Of a DNA stretch of 64,000 nt, positions 36,245-45,605 are shown piece after piece. A program made the position numbers and the translations under genes. Position 1 is the first letter of the stretch. Each line of letters opens with the position of its first letter. The notes below the pieces were generated by a model that did not search any database, was not told where the DNA came from, and saw only the letters and a list, made by a program, of their open reading frames with translations. Source of the stretch: a virus (Duplodnaviria > Caudoviricetes); the IMG/VR virus record IMGVR_UViG_3300012041_000023, positions 6,159 through 70,158 of that record; one strand, given 5' to 3'.

Positions 36245-37141
36245 GTGGCACCGATGAACCACAGTTTTGACGTCGAGCACGCGAAGACCTACGGAGTTGA
36301 AGAGGCGATCCTGATCCATAGCTTTCAGTTTTGGCTGGAAAAGAACCGAGCCAACGGCCGGCACATCCACGACGGCCGCGCGTGGACATATAACAGCGTC
36401 CGTGCGTTTGAGCGTCTCTTTTCTTACTGGACACCCAAGCAGATTCGGCGCATCCTCGACTCCCTGGAGACACAGGGGGTTGTGATAACAGGGCATTGGG
36501 GGAGCGACGAGGGACGCGATCCGCTCGACCGCACCCTCTGGTATGCGTTTTACGATGAGAGTACCTTTCTTCCAACGTCCCAGCCCACACTGGGGGGCGA
36601 GCTAGACGATTTGCCCAAACGGGCAAATGCATCTGACCCAAAGGGCAAATCGTCCACGGCTACCATTTGCCCAAACGGGCAAATGCATGTGGCCAAAAGG
36701 GCAAATGAATCTAAGGAACAGTTAAGTACGGGTACAGTTCGGAACGTGCATGTAGAAACAGCAGCAGCAGCAGCAGTCCCCCCGCGCACGCGCGCGCATG
36801 AGGGACCGCCGCTGCAGACTGCTGCTGCTGCTGTTGCTTCGCACTCACCCGATACGGAACCCGACACGTACGCTCTCCCCTACACCCTGACGCCCGAGGA
36901 GATCGCCTTCCGCGACGCGGCACGCGAAGCCCACGTGGAGCGCGCGACCGCCCAGCTTCTCGCACTGGGGTGCGACAACGAGTTCGACGCCGAGCGTTAC
37001 GCCCGCCGGCACGCCTGGTTCATCAACGACTATCTGGACCAGGCGCGTCGGCTACCCCTCAAGAACCGCTTCGGCTGGATACGCAAGCGCCTGGATGAGC
37101 TGGCCGCCGAGCAGGAAAGGGCGCGTCATGGATCGCGGTGA
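36245..37141 (+). CDS. phage replication initiator (replisome-organizer-like N-terminal wHTH)
   Basis: HSFDVEHAKTYGVEEAILI...W...N...HDGRAWTYNS...IRRILDSL...DRTLWY; internal iterons. Confidence 0.75.
   Translation: MAPMNHSFDVEHAKTYGVEEAILIHSFQFWLEKNRANGRHIHDGRAWTYNSVRAFERLFSYWTPKQIRRILDSLETQGVVITGHWGSDEGRDPLDRTLWYAFYDESTFLPTSQPTLGGELDDLPKRANASDPKGKSSTATICPNGQMHVAKRANESKEQLSTGTVRNVHVETAAAAAVPPRTRAHEGPPLQTAAAAVASHSPDTEPDTYALPYTLTPEEIAFRDAAREAHVERATAQLLALGCDNEFDAERYARRHAWFINDYLDQARRLPLKNRFGWIRKRLDELAAEQERARHGSR
36609..36706. repeat. iteron array (putative replication origin)
   Basis: ATTTGCCCAAACGGGCAAAT at 36609 and 36665, plus two degenerate copies ending GGGCAAAT; followed by a more AT-rich stretch. 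Confidence 0.75.
36762..36833. repeat. 17-bp perfect inverted repeat of CAG/CTG triplets
   Basis: CAGCAGCAGCAGCAGTC (36762-36778) / GACTGCTGCTGCTGCTG (36817-36833). Confidence 0.7.
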
Positions 37142-38102
37142 GCCTACCGAGGGCGGGCTCGTGCTCTGGGGCGATGGTCAGGGCATCGACGGCATCTCTC
37201 GCGCTGAGGAGTTGGCCGAGGGGCACCCCGTCGAGTTGCTGCGGTTCCTGGTGTCGCGCTGCAAGGCGGACATGGCCAAGAAGGGCAAGAGTGAGTGGGG
37301 CGGGCTGGCTCACCACTACCTGACGACGCCGGGGAAGATGGAGGATCTGCGGATGACGTGGGAGGCGCGTTTCCGCACCGGCGACGCGCTCGCCGTGGCG
37401 CCGGCCCAGCCCGCCGCGCTCCCCTACCGCAAGTGGGACGACAACACCCTGCCGGACGGCACGAGCCTGGCGAGCCCGAACCTGCCCCTGCGCGTCGAGG
37501 AGTGGCTGGCGCGGATGGCAGCCAAGCAACGCGCCATCGACCCGCGTTACCTGCAGCTCGCCCGCTCTCTGCGCGTGCAGATCCCGGAGTGGTTCGCGAA
37601 CGGGGCGGTGCCGGCCGGCTACACCACGCCCGAGACCGACCCGCCGGTGTGGACCGCGCCGACCGATCCCGCGGACGACGAAGCGGCGTATCTCCTGGCG
37701 CGGCAGTGGCTGGCGCTGCCGCAGCAGGTGGAGGTGCTGCAGGACGATTCCGTGCGGCGGTTCACACCCCGCCCGTCGCGCTGGACGGACGCCCAAGCGA
37801 CGCTGCTCGCGGAGGGGATGGAGCGCGACCCCTTTCCGGGACCGTCGCCGCGTGAGCAGGTGAAGCGCACGCTGTCCTCGACCGTGTTGGAGGGAATCAT
37901 GGCGGCGCGGCTGCCACTCGCGGAGCTCGGCGCGGAGGAAGAGGACGACGAAGAGTTGCCGCGCCGTCCCGTGCGCGTGGCGCTGCCGCCGGCGGTCGCG
38001 GTGCCGCAGCCGCCGGTGATGGCGGACGCGCTGCGGGAGTTGCGCGGGGATGATGGGTGGTGGGCGGCGGTCGTGAACGACACGCCGCCGATGGACGAGT
38101 GA
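37128..38102 (+). CDS. hypothetical protein in the helicase-loader position
   Basis: Overlaps the initiator stop; no Walker motif seen. Confidence 0.55.
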   Translation: MDRGEPTEGGLVLWGDGQGIDGISRAEELAEGHPVELLRFLVSRCKADMAKKGKSEWGGLAHHYLTTPGKMEDLRMTWEARFRTGDALAVAPAQPAALPYRKWDDNTLPDGTSLASPNLPLRVEEWLARMAAKQRAIDPRYLQLARSLRVQIPEWFANGAVPAGYTTPETDPPVWTAPTDPADDEAAYLLARQWLALPQQVEVLQDDSVRRFTPRPSRWTDAQATLLAEGMERDPFPGPSPREQVKRTLSSTVLEGIMAARLPLAELGAEEEDDEELPRRPVRVALPPAVAVPQPPVMADALRELRGDDGWWAAVVNDTPPMDE

Positions 38103-38114
38103 GAGGAGGAGAAG

Positions 38115-39071
38115 ATGCGTGAAAGCATTCCCATCGAACAAATCAAGATCGCTGATCGGGTGCGCAAGGACCTTGGCGACATCGAAAGCCTGGCCGCGAG
38201 TATCCAGCGGTTGGGACAACTCCAGCCGGTGGGCATCGACGCCGAGAACCATCTGCTGTTTGGCGAGCGGCGCATCGCAGCGTTGAAGTCGCTCGGTCGA
38301 ACCGAGGTGTGGGCCGCGCAGTTCACAGACTTGGATAGTGCGCTCAAGTGCTTGCAGGCGGAGAGTGACGAGAACACTGAGCGAAAAGCCTTTACGCCGG
38401 AGGAACTGGTGCTTCAGGGTCGTCGGCTCCTGCCTTTGGAACAAGAAGTTGCAGCACAACGGCGTCGCGATGCGCTACGGAAGGCGGCGGCGAGGCGTAC
38501 CCGGGGCACGAACGGAGCCTTCGAGCCAGAAGGGGATAATTTATCCCCTTCTGGAGAGTCAAGCACCGCAGGCGCGAGAGCGCGAGAGCGCGTTGGGGTT
38601 GTCCTGGGTGTTTCCGGTTGTACCTACGAGCGCGCCCGCCACGTGGTGGAGGCGGCGGAGAAGGACCCGTCCCTGCGTCCTCTGGTCGATCAGATGAACC
38701 AGACCGGCCGGGTCACCCCGAGCTACTTCAAGATGATGCGAGAAACGGGACGGGGCGGCGGTCCGCCTGGCACAGCGAAGCGGGGACCCAAGCCGAAGAA
38801 GCCGCCCGTCACGAAGCGCCCCAAAGTGCTAGCACTGGAGGGATTTGAGACGCTGATCGATTCCAAGATGGAGGCGTTTTTGGACGTCGCCCATGCGTTG
38901 TTCGAGATCCGGGAGCAGCGACTGTTTACCGAGCAGTATGGAGAGTTTCACCGCTATCTGAAGGAGCGCTGGGGTGTGAGCTTCCGCATGGGGCGATCCC
39001 TCACCTGCGCCCTCGACGGCTTCGGGTTCATTCAGGCGTTGAACGCAAAGGAGAAAGATCATGCCCGCTAA
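38115..39071 (+). CDS. ParB/Srx-like N-terminal domain protein
   Basis: LAASIQRLGQLQPVGI...LLFGERRIAALKSLG. Confidence 0.8.
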   Translation: MRESIPIEQIKIADRVRKDLGDIESLAASIQRLGQLQPVGIDAENHLLFGERRIAALKSLGRTEVWAAQFTDLDSALKCLQAESDENTERKAFTPEELVLQGRRLLPLEQEVAAQRRRDALRKAAARRTRGTNGAFEPEGDNLSPSGESSTAGARARERVGVVLGVSGCTYERARHVVEAAEKDPSLRPLVDQMNQTGRVTPSYFKMMRETGRGGGPPGTAKRGPKPKKPPVTKRPKVLALEGFETLIDSKMEAFLDVAHALFEIREQRLFTEQYGEFHRYLKERWGVSFRMGRSLTCALDGFGFIQALNAKEKDHAR

Positions 39072-39942
39072 CACAACCGACCGGCTCGCCTCCACCGCCA
39101 AAACGATCCTTGACGCCCATCCGTCGCGCTGGGAGATGCTGCGCGCAGGCGATCTCAAGATCGATCACGAGCACTACCAGCGCCCACAGGACCGACAGCA
39201 AATCCTTGCGATCTCGCGCGCCTACAACCCGGATGCCATGGGAATCCTCGCTGTCAGTCGGCGCGCCGATGGCGACTACCTCATGGACGGCGCACATCGC
39301 GCCCTCGGTGTGATTGACCGCTTCGGCCCCGATCACCCTGTTGCCTGCGAGGTCGCCCTCGGGCTCACCATTGCGGAGGAGGCCCAAATATTCTATGACC
39401 GCAACAGCCGCCGCAATCCTGTTAAGACGCTAGACAAGTATCGCGCCGCTTGGATGGCAGCCGATCCCAACATCGCCGAGATTGCTGCGGTCCTGGAGGA
39501 GATTGGACTTGCCTATCCCTGGCACGGCACCGGCGGAGCGGAGCGCTCGATCATCTGTTGGGGCCAGCTCACGGTGATCCACCGACGCAAAGGAGCCGAG
39601 CATCTGCGAATCCTCCTCCAGTTGATCGAGCGCGCCTGGGGATCGCCCAGCACTGCCCTCCAGGCACAGTTCGTCAAAGGCGTGGACCTCCTGGTGCGTT
39701 TCCATAACCAGGATGAGTTCTGGTCGCTGGACGAGGCCGCGGCGCGTCTATCCCAAGTGTCGGCGAGCCGTATCTACCAGGACTCAACAACGCTGCGTGG
39801 CGGGCCATCAGGCAAGAGTAAGTCAGCCCAACAGGCGATTTACGAGATGCTCCACTTCTACTACAACAAGGGACGCCGACTCCATAAGCTCGACGACCTT
39901 CGCAGTCGTGAGCCTCTCAAGAAGACCGAGCCGGCTCCGTGA
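39061..39942 (+). CDS. ParB-like (DUF6551 / DGQHR-type) protein
   Basis: LKIDHEHYQRP...YLMDGAHR. Confidence 0.65.
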   Translation: MPANTTDRLASTAKTILDAHPSRWEMLRAGDLKIDHEHYQRPQDRQQILAISRAYNPDAMGILAVSRRADGDYLMDGAHRALGVIDRFGPDHPVACEVALGLTIAEEAQIFYDRNSRRNPVKTLDKYRAAWMAADPNIAEIAAVLEEIGLAYPWHGTGGAERSIICWGQLTVIHRRKGAEHLRILLQLIERAWGSPSTALQAQFVKGVDLLVRFHNQDEFWSLDEAAARLSQVSASRIYQDSTTLRGGPSGKSKSAQQAIYEMLHFYYNKGRRLHKLDDLRSREPLKKTEPAP

Positions 39943-40058
39943 GTGGCGACCCCCGCACCCGCATCCTGTCCGCCATGCGCGACTACGAGCAAGCGCACCC
40001 GGATGCCGTGCAGAGATTCATCCGGGACAACCCGGACCAAGAAGGAGGAGAACGAGAA

Positions 40059-41150
40059 ATGAACACGACCGCATTGGACCGCGCCGAGCACCTACCCGAG
40101 CGCATCGACCGCTTCCCCGTGAACCCCACCAACCCGGAAGCGGTGCGCCCGCGCTACACGCTGTCCGAGATGGCGAAGATCGCGGAGCTCCTCGCCGCGT
40201 CCGGCTTCTTCCCGGACTGCAAGCAGCAGAGCCAGGCGTTCGCGAAAATCTTGAGAGGCGCCGAGTTAGGGCTGGAGCCCGCCACATCCCTCGCCGAGAT
40301 CCAGATCGTGCAGGGGCGCCCGGTGCTCTCCAGCAACCTGGTCGCCGCCCTGATTCAACGCAGCGGGCGCTACGCCTACCGCATCCGCCGCCACGACAAG
40401 GAAGCGTGCGAGATCGAGTTCTTCGAGCACGGCGAGAGCGTGGGCACGAGCGTGTTCAGCATGGAGGACGCCCGCCGCGCCAAGCTCGCCGGCAAGGACA
40501 TCTGGCAGGCCTACCCCGAGGCGATGCTCTTTGCCCGCGCCATCTCCCAGGGCGGCAAGCGCTTCTGCGGCGCCATCCTGATCGGCGTGTATGTCGAAGG
40601 CGAGATCGAGCCCGACTACCCCAAGCCCGTCGCTCGCCCCGCCATCACGGAGACCGCGCACGGCCCCGTGGACCGCGCCACCGGCGAGGTCCTGCCACCG
40701 CGCACCCCGGCGCTTTCGCCCGCCACTCCCGTCGTCGACGCCGCCGCCCTCGAAGCGCAGAGGCACCACTCCGCCACCGTGCTCCTGCGCAGCCTGCTCA
40801 CCCAGGCGCGCGTCGGGGACTGGACCGCCGCGGACCTGGACCTCGGGCTTGGCACCACGCTCGGCAGCCTGCTCGCGATCGCGGAGGAGAAGCAGCAGCC
40901 CTTCGATGAGATCGACCTCGCGGGCTACGACGCCGCCGAACTGCGCGAAGACGGTCGCCGACTGCGCGTGCGCCTGGCCGAGTTGTCCGCGTCGACCGAG
41001 ACGCCCTCGGGACCGCCGGCGCCCGACGTGCCCACCGGCACCCACTGCACCGCCTGTGGCAAGTCGCTCACGAAGGCACGGCAGACGCTCTGCCAGCACG
41101 CGGGGAAAGCGCCGCTGTGCGTGGAGTGCGACGAAGCGGGGAAGGCGTGA
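40059..41150 (+). CDS. RecT/Red-beta-like single-strand annealing protein
   Basis: GAELGLEP...IQIVQGRP.LS...W..YPEAML.ARA; GGAGGAG RBS. Confidence 0.75.
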   Translation: MNTTALDRAEHLPERIDRFPVNPTNPEAVRPRYTLSEMAKIAELLAASGFFPDCKQQSQAFAKILRGAELGLEPATSLAEIQIVQGRPVLSSNLVAALIQRSGRYAYRIRRHDKEACEIEFFEHGESVGTSVFSMEDARRAKLAGKDIWQAYPEAMLFARAISQGGKRFCGAILIGVYVEGEIEPDYPKPVARPAITETAHGPVDRATGEVLPPRTPALSPATPVVDAAALEAQRHHSATVLLRSLLTQARVGDWTAADLDLGLGTTLGSLLAIAEEKQQPFDEIDLAGYDAAELREDGRRLRVRLAELSASTETPSGPPAPDVPTGTHCTACGKSLTKARQTLCQHAGKAPLCVECDEAGKA

Positions 41151-41671
41151 GCCTCGTCTGCCTGGACCTTGAGACGACCGGGTTCAAGCCCCACAGCGCC
41201 GGCATCGTAGAAATCGGCGCCGTTCTCGTACGGGACGGTGTGATCGTCGGCGAAGGCTTTTCGACGCTGGCGTGGCCCGGCTACGAGATGGTGTCCGGTG
41301 ACGGGCACTGGAAGGCGCTGGAGAAGAACCAGGTGCCGCTCGATCAACTGAAGGACGCCCCGCGGGTGGCGGACGCGATGGAGCAGCTCGCGCGGTGGCT
41401 GGACGTGGGGGACGGAGGGCGGGTGGCGGTGACGAGCTTCAACGTGGCGTTCGACCGCCCGTTCCTCGAGGCGGCGGCACCGTGGGCGTGCGAGCTCCTC
41501 GACTGGCAGGAGTGCCTGATGCAGCGCGCGCAGCGCCACCTCGGCCTCGCCCGCTCGCCGTCGCTCGCCCGTGCCTGCGAGATGCTCGGGATCGCGCGAG
41601 ACGGGGAGCACCGGGCACTCGCGGATGCCCAGGCGGCTGCGCGGATCTGGCTGGCGCTGGAGGGGCGGTAG
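41147..41671 (+). CDS. DEDDh 3'-5' exonuclease
   Basis: LDLETTG, FNVAFD and HRALADA motifs. Confidence 0.9.
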   Translation: MSLVCLDLETTGFKPHSAGIVEIGAVLVRDGVIVGEGFSTLAWPGYEMVSGDGHWKALEKNQVPLDQLKDAPRVADAMEQLARWLDVGDGGRVAVTSFNVAFDRPFLEAAAPWACELLDWQECLMQRAQRHLGLARSPSLARACEMLGIARDGEHRALADAQAAARIWLALEGR

Positions 41672-42065
41672 GGTTGGACCTGGGCGTTTGACAGCGTGCC
41701 GGAATAGTCCGGTACGGGAAGCGCCTCCTTGGGAGAGAGAGGCACTTCCTCCTTCGCTAATCTGCGCAATCGCCCCGGCGCCCGCCGGCTGGGGCATTCT
41801 TTCCGGGAGCACACGATGCAGCTAACCTTTGAGCCCGAAGCACAGACTGCCCCACAGCACACCCACGAGGCGGAGGAAGGCGCCTCCGCCCCCGTTGCGG
41901 CACTGGAGGGCGGGAGGCGCAACAAGAGAGGGACAGCGCCGGTCCCTAGAATGCCCGCGCAACGGCACGTAGAAGCCCGCCAGCGCGTTTTAGACGCCGG
42001 GGTGGGACCTACACCGCACCCGCCAGTTTAGCGCGTCACAGCGCCTTTAGAGAGGAGTTAACCAA

Positions 42066-42305
42066 ATGTCACGCCATAACCTGAAACACCTGGAGCCCTA
42101 CCGCGATACCAAGCCCCCGCCCTCCTGGTCGGCGCTCGACGCGGAATACTATACCGAGTGCAACCAGGACACCCGCGAGGTGCTCTACCTGCGCGACGAG
42201 CCCACGCTGGCCCAGACCACCGCGCGCTGGCTGTGGGGCATCAGCGGCTTCGTGCTGGGGCTCGTCACCGCCACCGTGCTGTTCGCGACGGGAGGCGGCA
42301 AATGA
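42066..42305 (+). CDS. small protein with a C-terminal TM helix
   Basis: GAGGAG RBS; hydrophobic tail. Confidence 0.5.
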   Translation: MSRHNLKHLEPYRDTKPPPSWSALDAEYYTECNQDTREVLYLRDEPTLAQTTARWLWGISGFVLGLVTATVLFATGGGK

Positions 42306-42775
42306 GCCGGCGCCCGCGTGTGGATGAAGATCTGCGCCAACTCATCCTCGCGACCTACGACGCCGGCGCCTCCTACAAGGAGACCGCGGAGCGGCTCGAC
42401 GTCGCCTTCGCCACTGTGGGGCGCATCGTCACCCGCTACGGCACGCCGCGCACCAAGGATGAAGGGCTGGCGCTCTTTAATCAGCGCGCACTCACCGAGG
42501 AGGGGCGTCGGCAGCGGTCCGAGGCCGGCGCCCGCGGCGGGACTGCCTGCCGCGACCGCCACGACGCCGAGTTCTACCAACGCATCGGCCGCAAGGGTGG
42601 ACTGGCCAACCTCGCAGCCCACGGCTCGGAGCACTTCGCCGCGATGGGGAAGCGCGGCGGCAGCGCCACCTCGGCCCGCCACGGACTGGACTTCTACCGC
42701 GAGATCGGCAACCGGGGTGGGGCACGTGTGCGGGAGATGTGCGCCAAGGCGCGGGCGATGGAGGAGCAAGGATGA
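42302..42775 (+). CDS. HTH plus KGG-repeat (GsiB/Con-10-like) protein
   Basis: FYQRIGRKGG, FAAMGKRGG, FYREIGNRGG. Confidence 0.65.
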   Translation: MSRRPRVDEDLRQLILATYDAGASYKETAERLDVAFATVGRIVTRYGTPRTKDEGLALFNQRALTEEGRRQRSEAGARGGTACRDRHDAEFYQRIGRKGGLANLAAHGSEHFAAMGKRGGSATSARHGLDFYREIGNRGGARVREMCAKARAMEEQG

Positions 42776-43116
42776 GAACCGGCATCGATCAGATTGAGTT
42801 TAGCGGCGAAGGTCGGAGCGTCACCCTCGACCGCGAAGGCGCCGACCGCATCACCGAGAACCTGGATCGCCTGAAGCGGCGCACGGATCTCGACTTCGAC
42901 ACTCGCATCTGGGACCGCTTCCGGGACCAGGTCAACGAGCGCTATGCCCAGGTGGCCGGCGGCACGCGGCGCGCGGGGAAGGTCACGCTCTCCGCCACCG
43001 TGGCCGTAGACAGCGACGGTATCCCCTGCGTGAAACTCACCCTCGACGACGCCAGCAAGCGGCTCGGGACGTGGAGCAGCGCGGAGGGCGGGCAGTTGAC
43101 ATTGGAGGGGATCTGA
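42772..43116 (+). CDS. hypothetical protein
   Basis: ATGA coupling with the upstream gene. Confidence 0.5.
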   Translation: MRTGIDQIEFSGEGRSVTLDREGADRITENLDRLKRRTDLDFDTRIWDRFRDQVNERYAQVAGGTRRAGKVTLSATVAVDSDGIPCVKLTLDDASKRLGTWSSAEGGQLTLEGI

Positions 43117-43517
43117 TGACCGCGCCCGTCACGCTTGTGGTGCACTGTGACGTTGCTCGCACCTCTCCTAACGAGCGTGCGAACAAGTGGGAGATGACGC
43201 ACCGCCGCGGCGTGATGCGCCTCGCGGCGCTGCAGGCATTGGCTGCCGCCGGCTACCCCGAGAGCACCGTGCCGGTGCGCCTGGACATCCTCGCGCGACG
43301 CGCTACCGCGATGGACGACGACAACATCGTCGCGGGGAGCAAGGTGGCGAGGGATATTTTGACTAACCGCGCCAAGAACGGCAAAGGGATCGTGCCCGAC
43401 GACACCCGGAAGTGGGTACGCTTGGGAAAAGTGGAACAGGAGATCGCGCCGTGCTGGAAAGGAAGAGAGCAACTTTGCCTGACGGTAACCCCGATCATGG
43501 AGGAGCCCCCGCCATGA
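43116..43517 (+). CDS. RusA-like Holliday junction resolvase
   Basis: MDDDNIVAGSKVARDIL...GIVPDDT pattern. Confidence 0.7.
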   Translation: MTAPVTLVVHCDVARTSPNERANKWEMTHRRGVMRLAALQALAAAGYPESTVPVRLDILARRATAMDDDNIVAGSKVARDILTNRAKNGKGIVPDDTRKWVRLGKVEQEIAPCWKGREQLCLTVTPIMEEPPP

Positions 43518-43732
43518 GCCACTGGACCACGCGCCGCCTGCTGACCAGCCTGGCCGACCTGCTGCAGAATGAGATCGCCACCACACACAGAGACTACACC
43601 ATCCGCCTGAACCTCTCCCGCACGTTCGCGGAACGCATCGCCGCGGCAGCACAAGCGGCGGCGGACTGCTCGGAAATGATTCTCGACGAAGTGCCACCCG
43701 ACGCGGACAACTGGGAGAACGCCCTGCCATGA
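43514..43732 (+). CDS. hypothetical protein
   Basis: ATGA coupling on both sides. Confidence 0.45.
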   Translation: MSHWTTRRLLTSLADLLQNEIATTHRDYTIRLNLSRTFAERIAAAAQAAADCSEMILDEVPPDADNWENALP

Positions 43733-44091
43733 CCGACCACCGCAACGCCCTCCGCATCGAGCTACTCCTGCTCGTGCTTTTCCTGGCCGTCGTGCTCGCC
43801 GTGGCCCTCACGCCGCGCGCCACTCCCGCCCAGGACGACCCCACCACCCCCGTCGTCTCCGCCGCCGCGCGCTATGACGTCGCCGTGGAAACCCTGCGCG
43901 TCCGCACCCGCACGCTCGCCGCCTGCCAGTCCGCGCTGCACATTAGCCTCGTCGAACAAGAGCGCGGGAACCGCATCCGGGCGCTGGCCGGGACGCTCTT
44001 GTTCGCCAAGGGGGAGGAGGACGCCGCGAGGCGCGAGGTGGCGGAAGCGGAGCGGGTGCTGGCTACCGCGCTGCTGGTGGCAGCGCGTTAA
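43729..44091 (+). CDS. N-terminally anchored coiled-coil protein
   Basis: Hydrophobic N-terminal helix followed by a helical region. Confidence 0.5.
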   Translation: MTDHRNALRIELLLLVLFLAVVLAVALTPRATPAQDDPTTPVVSAAARYDVAVETLRVRTRTLAACQSALHISLVEQERGNRIRALAGTLLFAKGEEDAARREVAEAERVLATALLVAAR

Positions 44092-44301
44092 CCCCGTGAC
44101 GGCCGCGCGTGGTCCGAGCCCGTGTGGCCGTCCGTAAACGCCGCACTCTCGCGGCATCCCGTGCAGCCGAAAGGACATCACTCCCACAACAACCTGACTG
44201 ACGCCGGCCCCCGCCACTCGCACGGGAGGCGGGGGGCCGGCACCGATTGCGAGGAGGACTCCCCACCGGCGCCGGCGAACCCCGGAACAGGAGACACCGC
44301 T

Positions 44302-44481
44302 ATGCCCTTTATCGCACGCGAAAATCAACCCGGCTTCTATCTCGCCTGCGCCTTCCTCGCTATCGTCCACGGCTTTCGCGGCGGCTGGTATCAGCTCTCG
44401 TGGGTGTTCGCGGCGCTGCTCTTGCTGTGCGCGCTGGTTAGCTGGCTGGTGGAGAAGGGGGAGCCGAGGGAAACGCCGTGA
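44302..44481 (+). CDS. small two-TM protein
   Basis: GGAG RBS and ATG at 44302; hydrophobic. Confidence 0.45.
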   Translation: MPFIARENQPGFYLACAFLAIVHGFRGGWYQLSWVFAALLLLCALVSWLVEKGEPRETP

Positions 44482-44482
44482 G

Positions 44483-45409
44483 CTACCGCACCGGATAGCC
44501 TTTGCTGTCCAGGATCGCCAGCCCGCCCGCGGAATACATCCGCTTGCCCCACAAGAAGTCGTTGGCATCCACCGTCTGCTCGAAGCGCCGCCATTGGGCA
44601 TGACCATCGGCAAACGTGTAATTGGCGCCGCCGGTGTGCCGGTCGGGCTGGATGTAGGCGATCTGCACGTAGTCCGGCCCCGGCGCCGTGCGGCAGCCCG
44701 CGAAGGCCGCCGCCGCAATGGCCGGCGTCACCGCGTAGACCGCCGTGGTGGTCGGTGGAAACTCCCGGGGATCCTCACCCCTCCACTTCGCCCCGCCCGC
44801 GCTCGCCATCACCGCGTTGACGCTGCGGTGCGATTTGTTCTTGAACCCCGTGCTCTGCTGGTTGCTGGTGTCGTTGACGCAACTAGGCGAGTTCGAGAAC
44901 TCCGCCACGAGGATCGTGGACGCGGGGGCGTCGACCGCACCGAGCGCCACGACGTTCGCGGGATCGACGGAGCGCCGCTTGCGCGGCAAGAGGGCTGCGT
45001 TCACGGTGTAGGAGAGGCGGGGCGCCTGGCTATCGAGGGCGGGTGTCGTGGGCGTCGTGCCGTAAGCGGGATCGGGGGGATTCGTCGGCACCAGTCCCCG
45101 CCCCGCGTCCGAGGGGCAGACGTAGACCTGCTCGCTCTTGACATACGGGCGGATCATGCCGCTCCATTGCACGTAGCCGTTCAGGTCCCCCGCGTTGTTT
45201 TTGTACCAGTAGGCTTGAGGATAAGTCTCGTCGTGGTCCTGGGCATACATCATGACCGCCGTGCCCAACTGCTTCATGTTGGACAGGCACGAGGACTGAC
45301 GCGCCTTCTCCCGGGCCTGGGCGAAGACGGGAAAGAGGATCGCGGCGAGGATAGCGATTATCGCTATCACGACGAGCAGCTCGATCAGGGTGAAGGCGTT
45401 GCGTTTCAT
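44483..45409 (-). CDS. prepilin-type N-terminal cleavage/methylation protein (DUF1559, H-X9-DG C-terminal motif)
   Basis: MKRNA|[44 protein letters not shown]...[14 protein letters not shown]. Confidence 0.92.
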   Translation of the reverse strand: MKRNAFTLIELLVVIAIIAILAAILFPVFAQAREKARQSSCLSNMKQLGTAVMMYAQDHDETYPQAYWYKNNAGDLNGYVQWSGMIRPYVKSEQVYVCPSDAGRGLVPTNPPDPAYGTTPTTPALDSQAPRLSYTVNAALLPRKRRSVDPANVVALGAVDAPASTILVAEFSNSPSCVNDTSNQQSTGFKNKSHRSVNAVMASAGGAKWRGEDPREFPPTTTAVYAVTPAIAAAAFAGCRTAPGPDYVQIAYIQPDRHTGGANYTFADGHAQWRRFEQTVDANDFLWGKRMYSAGGLAILDSKGYPVR

Positions 45410-45548
45410 GCCGACAGGGTAGCACCGGCGCCTAAAGCCCGCGTTAAAGGAGGCTTAAACGTTGCTTAACCCGTGCCCGTGAGCGGCGAATGTTACGCAT
45501 GTGGGAGGACAGAGACGCAACAAGGTGGAATCTAAAGACAAGGTAAAA

Positions 45549-45575
45549 CCCCGCGATCGTTAGAGCGATCCGGGG
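45549..45575 (+). promoter_or_regulatory. HNH leader hairpin, copy 4
   Basis: CCCCG-C-GA-TCG-TTAGAG-CGA-TC-CGGGG, upstream of AAGGAGG and ATG 45606. Confidence 0.7.
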
Positions 45576-45605
45576 CGTGGTCCGCGCCGAAGGAGGGCGC
45601 AGACG

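Noticed and set aside
36609-36706. CRISPR-like array
   Set aside because: Short palindromic repeats with tiny spacers inside an initiator gene and no cas genes; better explained as iterons.
41688-41716. TTGACA upstream of 42066
   Set aside because: No acceptable -10 hexamer at 16-18 nt spacing.
16201-45575. HNH inserts as group I introns, or IS200/IS605 or IscB-HEARO elements
   Set aside because: They are intergenic and antisense, with no recognisable intron core, no TnpA, and no RuvC-split IscB/TnpB motifs.
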